From a virus (taxonomy: Duplodnaviria; Caudoviricetes): DNA of 25,354 nt. The notes below the pieces were generated by a model. The model had not been told where the DNA came from and did no database searches. It worked only from the letters and a program-made list of their open reading frames with translations. Positions 8,934-17,222 of this stretch are shown here, one piece after another. The first letter of the stretch is position 1; each line of letters begins with the position of its first letter. The DNA lies in IMG/VR virus record IMGVR_UViG_3300048598_000555, positions 1-25,354 of that record; one strand, given 5' to 3'. The translations under genes were made by a program, and so were the position numbers.

Positions 8934-10205
8934 TCACGCCAACGTCACTGTCTTCAGTCCGCAAGTCTCAGTCCGCGATCTCGCACAGTTTCCCAACCTC
9001 ATCATCCTCCCCGGCTCTACTCCCCACATCCGGCAGCCCCACACCCCGAGCGCGAGCGCCATCACGCAGTCATCATGATAGCCGGCGGGGGCGGCGTAGC
9101 TGACCTGTCCGGTCAGTCCGATCTCGTACTCGTAGCGCCGCATCTCGGCTGTGAGGATTTGCCACGCCGTCGGCCACATGACACGGCGCTGCTCGACTGC
9201 CACCATGAGGCCCTGCACAAGCTCTCGCTTGGTCTGCGCGGTGATCTTGAACCCCTCGACATGCGGCAGCACCCGGCGCAGATCATCGAAGACAGGATCA
9301 CCGACACCTGTCGCGTCCATCACAAGCCGGGCCTGCCACCGTTTCACAAACGCCGCGATCCTCTCCCGTTGAACAGGCCAGTCCAACTGATTGAACCTCT
9401 CGATTTCGAGACACAGCCCTGTCTTCGCGTCCATCGCGATACACACCGTCCAGTCGGTGTGCTTGGCGATGTCGCACCCGACAATCACATTGTGTGGGCT
9501 GGTCTGTAGGCCCGCATCCGCGCTTGCCACAAGGCAACCATCGACGCCCCGGAACACACCTGCCGAGTCTTCCAAGAACTCCGCCATGTACTCCTGCCTG
9601 AACACATCCTCGGGCAGTGTGGCTCTGGCCTCGTCCCATTCTTTCGCGGGGAAGAAAGGTGACACGTTCGAGGGGAAGGTGAACGACCGGAATCCTTCCT
9701 GCCGCTCAATGCCGCGCGTGAACATGTCGTAGAACCAGTTTCGGCCGGCGGGCGTGGAGATGAACACACCCCAGCCGAGCGTCTGGGCGAGGGTGGGGCG
9801 CAGCACGTAGTTCCACACATCCACCGGGACGGCCGCCGCCTCGTCGACCACGATGCCCCGGAAGCCGAAGCCGCGGATAGAGTCTGGATTGTCGGCGGAG
9901 AGCATGAAGACGCGGCAGGGGCCTGCGGCACCCTCGAATTCGACGCGCGTGGGCATGCGGCCGACCACCCTCACAAAATCCGGCGCGATGGTTCTGAAGG
10001 CCTCGACGCCGCGCTCCGCCACACCGTAGGTCGGCGCGACCCAGCCGTAGTCACCGCCGATCTCACCGCCGCCCCGGTCCAGCAGTTCAGCAGCCATGCA
10101 CAGCGTCTTGCCGAAACGGCGGCCGGTGCACACAGTCCGGAACCGGGCGTCCCTGGTCTGGTGGATCTCCATCTGTGCCGCATGAGGCTTATAGTTGATC
10201 TGCAT
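8934..10205 (-). CDS. terL: Terminase large subunit
   Basis: Walker A GRRFGKT, Walker B IVVDEAA, ISTP coupling motif, nuclease motifs 'GCDIA', 'DATGVGD' and 'HDDCVMALAL'. Confidence 0.93.
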   Translation of the reverse strand: MQINYKPHAAQMEIHQTRDARFRTVCTGRRFGKTLCMAAELLDRGGGEIGGDYGWVAPTYGVAERGVEAFRTIAPDFVRVVGRMPTRVEFEGAAGPCRVFMLSADNPDSIRGFGFRGIVVDEAAAVPVDVWNYVLRPTLAQTLGWGVFISTPAGRNWFYDMFTRGIERQEGFRSFTFPSNVSPFFPAKEWDEARATLPEDVFRQEYMAEFLEDSAGVFRGVDGCLVASADAGLQTSPHNVIVGCDIAKHTDWTVCIAMDAKTGLCLEIERFNQLDWPVQRERIAAFVKRWQARLVMDATGVGDPVFDDLRRVLPHVEGFKITAQTKRELVQGLMVAVEQRRVMWPTAWQILTAEMRRYEYEIGLTGQVSYAAPAGYHDDCVMALALGVWGCRMWGVEPGRMMRLGNCARSRTETCGLKTVTLA

Positions 10206-10223
10206 CGGGCAGCTCCCCAACTC

Positions 10224-10538
10224 CTAACTCCTAAATCCTAACTCCTCCTTCGTTTCGACCGGCTCCGCCGTCGAAACGAGACTCTTCCACTCGATCACCC
10301 TGTCGCCTGCCTCAAGCACACCCTTGGTCTCTTTGGGCAGCAGGGGCATGACGATGTTCACAAAAAACCACAGAGGTTTCTCGCGCAGGGTCTTCTCAAG
10401 CGCATCCTCGATCAGAGCCAGGTTCTCCTCCTTGGCGACCACCTGATCCAGGGCATACAAAGCCCTCGCGCGGCCGGTGAGCAGACCCTTCGGCCGGCCG
10501 GCGGGATTTCCGGAAACACCTTTTTCGAACAGAGCCAT
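10224..10538 (-). CDS. Putative terminase small subunit (DUF5681-like N-terminus)
   Basis: 104 aa from MALFEKGVSGNPAGRPKG, immediately upstream of terL, AGGAGG RBS. Confidence 0.7.
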   Translation of the reverse strand: MALFEKGVSGNPAGRPKGLLTGRARALYALDQVVAKEENLALIEDALEKTLREKPLWFFVNIVMPLLPKETKGVLEAGDRVIEWKSLVSTAEPVETKEELGFRS

Positions 10539-10544
10539 GACAAA

Positions 10545-10571
10545 GCCTCCTGAAAGAGGCGGAAAATCAAC
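10545..10571 (-). promoter_or_regulatory. Putative late promoter motif GTTGATT-N4-GC-N8/9-GAGG (other copies at 7846-7870, 5591-5616, 4744-4769)
   Basis: Same motif and spacing upstream of terS, portal, protease and scaffold genes. Confidence 0.6.
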
Positions 10572-10608
10572 ACAAACACCGATCAGAACCGAACCCCCAA
10601 CCTCGGTC

Positions 10609-10851
10609 GCCGCCCCCCACGGCCGCAGGGTAGCGGCCGGGGAAGGGGGGCGGCTCCCTCGCGCCGGTGCCGCCGCCGCAGGATAGCGGCGGGGGAGGCG
10701 GCACCTCAATCGAGCTTCGCCCGAAGGCCTGCGGCGCAAGAAAATCACCCCCGACCGGCGGCGCACGCCGCAGGATAGCGGCGGGCACTGCGCCGCCTGC
10801 TCCGGCCCCCGCCACGGCCGCAGGATAGCGGCCGGAGAGAGGCTGGGGGCC
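10609..10851. repeat. Array of four compound hairpins with GCCGC-AGG(A/G)TA-GCGGC tips (fifth variant at 11244-11288)
   Basis: Hairpins at 10609-10654, 10666-10705, 10757-10797 and 10804-10851; outer stems differ in sequence but each is self-complementary. Confidence 0.85.
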
Positions 10852-11946
10852 TCTTGGCGCTGCACGTCCGTTCATTCCGCTCCGTTGGTCGTGGGGGCAA
10901 GAGCTTCGGTCGGGCGGCTCGGCAGGAGTACCTGACCCTCGCCGCCGGTTTGCGGCGGCGCGCCCTCTCGTGGTCCGGCCGTCGCGCTTCGCGCTAGGCC
11001 GGCCTTCCCTCGTTCGCGCGCCCCGCTTCCGCGGGGGCCGCAAACCGGGCTGCGCGGCGCGGCGGTTCGCGGTCGGGCGCGGCAGGCTTCCGGAGCGGCC
11101 ACAGCCGCGGGGGGCCTGCCGTCTTCCCGCCGCTCGCCGCCTTCCGCTTGCCCCTCCCTCGCAGTGCTGGCGGCCAGGGGGGCACATCCCCCCAGACCCC
11201 CTTGCCACGTTCGGCGCATGCCTCCTTGTTCCGCCGCCCCATTCGCCCTCCACCGCGCCGCGATAGCGGCGAGAGGCGGTGGAGGGCGGCGGCTTCACGG
11301 CGTCGGCACGACGCCTCACTCCGGCGGCCCCAGCGCGAGCCTCGGGGCAACCTCGGTGCCGGCGGATACGCCGTCACCTCGGCGGCTCTGGCCCCTCGCG
11401 GCGATCTCGGCGGCGTACCGCCGAGCTTCCGCGGGTGCCGCCGCCGTCCCCTCGTTCGCGCACCGGGGCCTTGCTTCCGCACATGCCCGGCTACGGGCAG
11501 TGCGTTCCTGTGCCCGGCTCCGCTCGTTCCTCGCTGCGCAGCGGCAGGGAAGGTTTCCCCTGACCCCTCGCGCCCGCGCCCGGATGCCGCGTTCGGCTGT
11601 GATCGGCTGCCACACCCCCGCCGCCCCCGAACCCCCGCGAACCCCTCTGATAAGGCTGGCTTTCCGGGGGCTCGACACACCGCCTACCATGAAGACGGCG
11701 GTGTGTTCTGGGGGGGGCCAGCGCCGCCTAAGCCCGGCGGCGCCGCAAGGGCCGACCCACAGCCTCCGCGTTCCGGGCGGCGCGGCCTGCGGCGGCCCGT
11801 CGGGCGGCTCGCGCTCTCGCACGCCCGCCTGGCCGCCTGCGTCCGCGCCTTCCGCGGGCTTGCCCGGCGCGGGGCTTCGGCGTGACCGCCTCGCCCCCGC
11901 CGGTGGCAGGGACGCGCGCTCACGGACCCGCCGCTTGCGTGCGCAA

Positions 11947-12960
11947 GCCATACCGGCTGCGGCCCGGCTAAGCCTTGCCGACGCCGCGACCGCTCCCGCG
12001 CCTTGCAGGCTTCGGCGCACGGATCGGCGCGGCGCGTCAGCCGCACCGGTACGGTCGCCAGCGGGTCCTTCCGCAGCGGCAGCGGGGCCGGGCGGGGGGG
12101 GGGGGGGGGGGGGGGCGGGCGCGGGGGGGGGGGGGGGGGGGCGGGGGGGGGGGGGGGGCCGGGGGCGGCGGCGGCGGCGGGGCCGGGCGGCGCGTCGTCA
12201 GACCTCCTCACGGCGCAGGCTTGTTCGTCGGCTGCCGCCGCGCCCACCGTCCCTTTCCGCGTCCCCAGTGTGGCAGCCTCGGCGGCTGCCACGCGGATGC
12301 GACACGCGCTCACGCTCGCGGCGCGTGCTGCCGCACGCCATACCGGGACCGGCATCGACCTGCCGCGCGGCGTTGCGGGCTGATAATCAAGAGCGCACGC
12401 GCGGCAGACCTTGCGGGGCGGTGCCCCTTCGCAAGCTACGTGGCAGCCGCCCCGCATCCGGCCCGGTACGGTCGCCGCCGCTTCGCTTGCCGCAGTGGCA
12501 GTCCGGCGGCCAGCGCACCGGTCGCCGCGTCGCAGGCTCCTTGCGGACCGGATGCGCACGCCGCCTTTTCCATGTTCCCTGTGCGGCAGCCGCGCCGCTT
12601 CGCGTCGAACGGCTGCCACGCGCCTTGCCACGGGCTCACAGCCCCGCCGCTGCTTCGCAGCCATACCGGGACCGGCACCGGCTGCCGCACGGCGTTGCGG
12701 GCTGATAATCACCGGCGCACGCGCGGCAGCCGTTGAGCGCGGAGCCTGTCGCCACGCTCCAGGCGTCCGCGCTCATCCGGCCCGGTACGGTCACCGGCGG
12801 CTCTTTCCGCAGCGGCATCACGGCGGAAGGCGTGCCGTCCGCCATCCTCACTGCGCAAGCTTGTTCCGGTGGCAGCCGTCGCGCCCGCCGCCGTTTTCAT
12901 GTTCCCTGTGCGGCAGCCCCGCTGCTTTGCGCCGGGGGCTTGCCGTCGTTTCGAGGAGCG
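11947..12960. repeat. Degenerate tandem repeat, unit about 320 bp, about 3 copies
   Basis: GCCATACCGG at 11947/12337/12660; CGGTACGGTC at 12047/12464/12783; CGGCGTTGCGGGCTGATAATCA twice; CATGTTCCCTGTGCGGCAGCC at 12571/12898. Confidence 0.8.
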
Positions 12961-13521
12961 CCCCGCGCGTCCCTTCGGGGATAGGCACAGGCTTTTCGCT
13001 CCGCTCAAAACCCCGGTCATCAAGGCCGGCACGGTACACCGCCGTTACCGCCGGCTCATGCCGCTCCCGGTCCCCGGTGCCGCGCCGCAGCACCCGGTCA
13101 CGCCAACGCTTCGGATACTCGCGACGTGCGGATACGCACTTTGTCATGCCCGTTGCCCACAGCGCGGCGTCAAGGCAGGCTCCCGGTCATCCGCACGGCT
13201 CCTGCCCGTCCGCTTCCATGATTCCAACCGGTTCCGTACGCACCCGCACCGGCCTGTCTGCAATCCCCGTGTCTGACCACGCTTTGCCCTCCCTGTTCGC
13301 CATCATCGCAGAGACCACAGGCGAGGATGAAGGCTCAAGGAACAGGGCAGCGTTATGAATACGACACTTTACAGATTGCAGAGCAGGGCCGGTTTGAGTT
13401 TGGCGATCACGGCGGCGGGTGCCGTTAGTGAGGATTCAGAACTCAGCAACGAGCAGACGTTTTGTCACACCTCGTTGGGTGTGAGAGACACCGGCAAGGC
13501 TACGCAGAAAGGGAACACACC

Positions 13522-14052
13522 ATGAACAGCACATGCCACCCGTACAGCACCACCCGCGCCGCACGCCGCTACGTGTCACCCCGCACGCGCCCGCTCAACC
13601 CCTTTGAGCGCGAGACGCGGGGCCTGTCCTACATGCTCAAAGATCCGGCCTGCCCCGAGGCCGCTTTGCAGACCGCCGCCGCCGAAATGGCCGCCCTCGT
13701 TTGGGGGCCTTGCCACCTCATACCCGCGCCCGACCACACCGGCGACACGTCCGCCAACCGCCGCCTTGCGAAGGCCATCGCCGCCCACGTCAAAGGCGGT
13801 GCCGAGGTCCACGACATCCTGATCCGCACCGCGCCCGCGCCGAGCACCTGCGACCGGCACCGCACCAAAGGCCCCGCCGTCAGCGTGGCCGAGCACAACA
13901 TCGCCCGCAAGCCCGGCAAGCCCATTCCCTGCCGCCGCACCTTCATCGTGGACAACGTCCTTGTCGGCGGAAACACCATCCGCGCCTGCTTCAATGCCCT
14001 CGGTTTCGGCACCGGACTCGTTTTCGGCGACGCCTCTTTCCCCCACGAGTAA
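13522..14052 (+). CDS. ComF-like phosphoribosyltransferase-fold protein
   Basis: 176 aa from MNSTCHPY. 'LIPAP' strand and 'FIVDNVLVGGNTI' resemble the PRPP-binding loop (VDDVxTTGxT) in degenerate form. Confidence 0.6.
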   Translation: MNSTCHPYSTTRAARRYVSPRTRPLNPFERETRGLSYMLKDPACPEAALQTAAAEMAALVWGPCHLIPAPDHTGDTSANRRLAKAIAAHVKGGAEVHDILIRTAPAPSTCDRHRTKGPAVSVAEHNIARKPGKPIPCRRTFIVDNVLVGGNTIRACFNALGFGTGLVFGDASFPHE

Positions 14053-14070
14053 CCCGAAGGAACCCGAGCA

Positions 14071-14604
14071 ATGCAAACTCCTAACTCCTCACTCCTAACT
14101 GCTCATTCGCGCCAGCGCGAGACCCTCGCCCTTGCCATGGACTACGCCGCCGCGATGGAGGCCTGCGCCGCATACGTATCGGTCAAAGGCCCCGCCATCC
14201 GCGACCCCGAAAGCGCTTACCACCTGTTGCGCCCCGTCATGAGCGCCGCCACTTCCGGCGATTCTCAGGAGACCTTTTTCACGCTCCTGCTTGACACGAA
14301 AAACAAGGTCATCGGCGCGCCCGTCGAATGTTGCCGCGGCCTGCTTGACACCTGCCCCGTACACCCCCGCGAGATCATGCGAGAAGCGGTCAGGCAGAGC
14401 GCCGCCAGCCTCATTCTGGCGCACAACCACCCGTCAGGCGACCCCACGCCCAGCAAGGAGGATTGCGACATCACCCGCCGCCTGATCGAGGCCGCGAAGA
14501 TTTTGGGCATCCGCATCGTTGACCACGTGATATGCGGCAAACCGTCCGACACGGCCCCCGGCTTTGTCTCTCTCCGTGAAAAGAACCTTGTCGTCTTCGA
14601 TTGA
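14071..14604 (+). CDS. radC: RadC-like JAB domain protein
   Basis: 'QETFFTLLLDTKNKVI', 'VHPREI', 'HNHPSGDPTPSKED' and 'IVDHVI' motifs. Confidence 0.92.
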   Translation: MQTPNSSLLTAHSRQRETLALAMDYAAAMEACAAYVSVKGPAIRDPESAYHLLRPVMSAATSGDSQETFFTLLLDTKNKVIGAPVECCRGLLDTCPVHPREIMREAVRQSAASLILAHNHPSGDPTPSKEDCDITRRLIEAAKILGIRIVDHVICGKPSDTAPGFVSLREKNLVVFD

Positions 14605-14756
14605 AAACACTTCCACGCGACGGGACGGCAGAGCGGGCAGCAGGGACGGCCTCGCAGAGAGTGCGCCCGATCACCGCACGGCAAGCCGAGAACCCCGAGA
14701 GCACAAACAGCGATCACCGCCCGCCGCGTGGCCCAAACCCGAAAGGAGCATCCACC

Positions 14757-14957
14757 ATGAACGCAACGCAGAACCCCGTCGGCCAGAGCGCCGAGTTTCA
14801 CAAAACGTGGCAGGCCCTCATGCAGCAGCTTGAGCGCGTGCTTTCAATCGCCCATCGGCACAACCCCAACCGCACCGAGACCCGCGAGGCGGTCAGCATC
14901 GCCAAGCACCTGCTCGGCAAAGTCGGCGACCGGGTCGACGCCGCCAACCCCGAATGA
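14757..14957 (+). CDS. Small helical hypothetical protein
   Basis: 66 aa, AAAGGAG RBS, inside the + strand operon. Confidence 0.6.
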   Translation: MNATQNPVGQSAEFHKTWQALMQQLERVLSIAHRHNPNRTETREAVSIAKHLLGKVGDRVDAANPE

Positions 14958-15046
14958 ACCCCGCACGGGCACGGCATCCCGTGCCCGCTCTTCCCATCCG
15001 TCCCATCTGTCCTATCCGTCCTACACACAACTCGAAAGGCCACACC

Positions 15047-15472
15047 ATGCGCACGACTCCCACCGTTCCCACACATCCCACCCCTGAAGCCCTTGCCACC
15101 CTGCGCACGCTCACCGCGCCCGCACAACGCGCGGTCATTCTCGCCGCCGCACGCGGCGAAGAGGCCGAGCACTTCCTCGCGGTCATCGACCGCGTACACG
15201 CCATGTGGCAGGCCATGCCCAAGACCTACGAGACCGACGCCCAAGGCCGCGCTGCCCTCGCACGGCTTCACTACTTCACCGCCGGTTGCGACTGGTGGAT
15301 CGTGGAGAAGGACGCCGACCCCGACCACGCGGGCCAGGTGCAGGCCTTCGGAGTTGCCGACCTCGGTATGGGACCGGAAGCGGGTTACATCTCAATCCCC
15401 GAACTCCTTGAGAACGGCGCAGAGTTGGACCCCTATTTCACCCCCAAGCGGATGGGCGAACTCCTCGACTAA
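15047..15472 (+). CDS. DUF2958-like protein
   Basis: 'PKTYETD...LHYFT...DWWIVEKD...AFGVADLG...EAGYISIPEL...ELDPYFTP' pattern. Confidence 0.7.
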   Translation: MRTTPTVPTHPTPEALATLRTLTAPAQRAVILAAARGEEAEHFLAVIDRVHAMWQAMPKTYETDAQGRAALARLHYFTAGCDWWIVEKDADPDHAGQVQAFGVADLGMGPEAGYISIPELLENGAELDPYFTPKRMGELLD

Positions 15473-15481
15473 CCCCGCGCG

Positions 15482-15507
15482 GGCGGCCTTCACCGGCCGC
15501 CTTTTTT
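15482..15507 (+). terminator. Rho-independent terminator closing the + strand operon
   Basis: GGCGGCC-TTCACC-GGCCGCC-TTTTTT. Confidence 0.85.
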
Positions 15508-15729
15508 CATGCCAAAAAATCCGCCGCGCCCGTTGAGGACGCGGCCATCCAGCCCGTCGCTCGCATCGATAGCGTCTCGCGCCGGGTCCCCTGGACTATT
15601 CCAACAGCCATGTTCTTTGCGGCGCAAAAAAGTCGGCTATGGCTTAGGAACTATTTCTCTGATAAACTCAAAACAATGTTGGACGAGTCCTGCGCGGAGT
15701 GTCTGAAGGTCGTTAATCAGGAGAAAGCC

Positions 15730-15900
15730 ATGGGAGATGATGCAGAATACGAAATGGAACGTCAGGAAGAAGAGCGTCGGTTGGCGGCCGCGCGAGGCCC
15801 CAGGGATATTAACGAGATCCTCGCCAACGTTCACGCTCGCATAGCGAGCGCAAACTTCGACAAGGCCCAAAAGGCGCGGTCCGCACTCGGTCGGGATTGA
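15730..15900 (+). CDS. Small hypothetical protein
   Basis: 56 aa from MGDDAEYEMERQEEE, AGGAG RBS. Confidence 0.45.
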   Translation: MGDDAEYEMERQEEERRLAAARGPRDINEILANVHARIASANFDKAQKARSALGRD

Positions 15901-15941
15901 GAGACTAACTCTCCATCGCCAACTCGGGTGCGGCCTACCGT

Positions 15942-16406
15942 CTATCGGCTTCCCGCCTTCCCTCTTCTCGCCATGCTGAGGCGCTTGCGTTTCCGCGCCG
16001 CCTGTCGCCGGGCTTTTTCCGGTAGCAACTGCTTCAAATGCGGGTGCGCCTCCAGCGCACGCCGCAATTGGATCTCCACCGCCTGCGGTGTGACTTGCAG
16101 TTCCTTTGCGATCACCGCGTACGAGTCGCCCTTGTAGCGCCGCTGCACGATGCGGAATGTCCGGTGCGGCAGCTCCAGAAAACCGCGCAACGCTTCCGCC
16201 AGCACCGACAGCGGCAGCACGTCCGCCCTGTCTGCCGGATACTCCGGGAGGACGGCGGGCGGTACGGCCCGCTCCTCGTCAAACGCCATCGTGTGCGAGC
16301 TGTCTTCCGTCAGCTCGCAAGTGGCGCACGGCGTGTCCTCGAAGCGCACGCCCGAATGCTCGGCTTCCTTTATTTTCGCCGCGAAATCACAGTTGTTGCA
16401 GTTCAT
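15942..16406 (-). CDS. Zn-finger plus sigma70 region-4-like HTH protein, candidate late transcription regulator
   Basis: CNNC...CATC pairs; 'RYKGDSYAVIAKELQVTPQAVEIQLRRA' HTH; AGGAGG RBS; last minus-strand gene of the early block. Confidence 0.7.
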   Translation of the reverse strand: MNCNNCDFAAKIKEAEHSGVRFEDTPCATCELTEDSSHTMAFDEERAVPPAVLPEYPADRADVLPLSVLAEALRGFLELPHRTFRIVQRRYKGDSYAVIAKELQVTPQAVEIQLRRALEAHPHLKQLLPEKARRQAARKRKRLSMARRGKAGSR

Positions 16407-17103
16407 TTTCTTTTCCTCCTGTTTCTTTTCTCTTCCAATCCTCAACTTCCGACTGATGCACTTTCGAACTCACGCATTTCCCCTGTTCCCCGCCTGATAG
16501 ATCAGGCCCGCTTCCGCCTCCGGGGGGAAGGGGGGCAGCCGCTTGCGGCAGGGGGATAGGGGGCGTCTTCCCCTTGGGGGGAGAAGGCGGGATGAGGGGG
16601 GAAGGCTTTGTGCGTGTAGCGCAAAGCGCGTCTTTCCCGGCCGTAAGGCCAACCTCTAAAAGCGGAGCGGGTACGGGACAGGGTGCACTTGGACTTTTCA
16701 GCGCGTACTCGCACGGCGGGGTATCCACCCCGTGAAAAGACCCGTGCGCATCGTCCCGTACTTCGGAGCGGCCGCGGCATGCGTCAATGACGTCCAATAG
16801 CCGGATCAGATCGTCCGCATACACGATCACCACCCACGGCTTCTTGTTCATGCGGTGCATCACCGCCGGCACCGCGTCGGTCGGCGCATCGCGCCGCGCC
16901 TGCTCCAGACTCGGGTACAGCCGCAGCGCCTCGACCCGCTTCACCTCCAGGTGAAGTCCCGGCAGGTCGCCGGCCAGGTCCGGCGACTCCGGCCCGCCGT
17001 GGTACTGCCGTCCCCGGTGGAACTTGGTGCCCAGCACCTCGTTCAGTTTCTCTGCGGCCTCGCGTTCGCCCTCGGCCCCTTTCCTGCGTGACATCATTCC
17101 CAT
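16387..17103 (-). CDS. Holliday junction resolvase-like PD-(D/E)XK nuclease; the Pro-rich C-terminal half is probably read-through
   Basis: 'SRRKGAEGEREAA...SPDL...HLEVKR' in the first ~110 aa, GGAGGT RBS. Confidence 0.75.
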   Translation of the reverse strand: MGMMSRRKGAEGEREAAEKLNEVLGTKFHRGRQYHGGPESPDLAGDLPGLHLEVKRVEALRLYPSLEQARRDAPTDAVPAVMHRMNKKPWVVIVYADDLIRLLDVIDACRGRSEVRDDAHGSFHGVDTPPCEYALKSPSAPCPVPAPLLEVGLTAGKDALCATRTKPSPLIPPSPPKGKTPPIPLPQAAAPLPPGGGSGPDLSGGEQGKCVSSKVHQSEVEDWKRKETGGKENELQQL

Positions 17104-17222
17104 CTGAGTACCTCCGTTCACCTGTCCACTCCCCGGCGTCAGTCACCCCTCTAAAAGCGAAGCGCGTGAGGGCAGGGCGCACTTTGATTTTTCGTAACCG
17201 AAAAAACTCGTGCGCATCGCCC

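Noticed and set aside
10609-10851. CRISPR array
   Set aside because: Repeat core is only 16-18 nt, spacing is irregular, flanks are self-complementary rather than unique spacers, and no cas genes are present
10567-13358. Long overlapping ORFs on both strands (e.g. 11164-12705, 11684-12712, 12411-13358)
   Set aside because: Arg/Ala/Pro/Gly low-complexity translations with no clear RBS or motifs, expected from very high GC and the poly-G tract
13327-13525. Short + strand ORFs (33 aa from 13327; 56 aa from 13355 overlapping the PRTase start)
   Set aside because: Two competing frames, weak RBS and no recognisable motif; not supportable without homology or ribosome profiling
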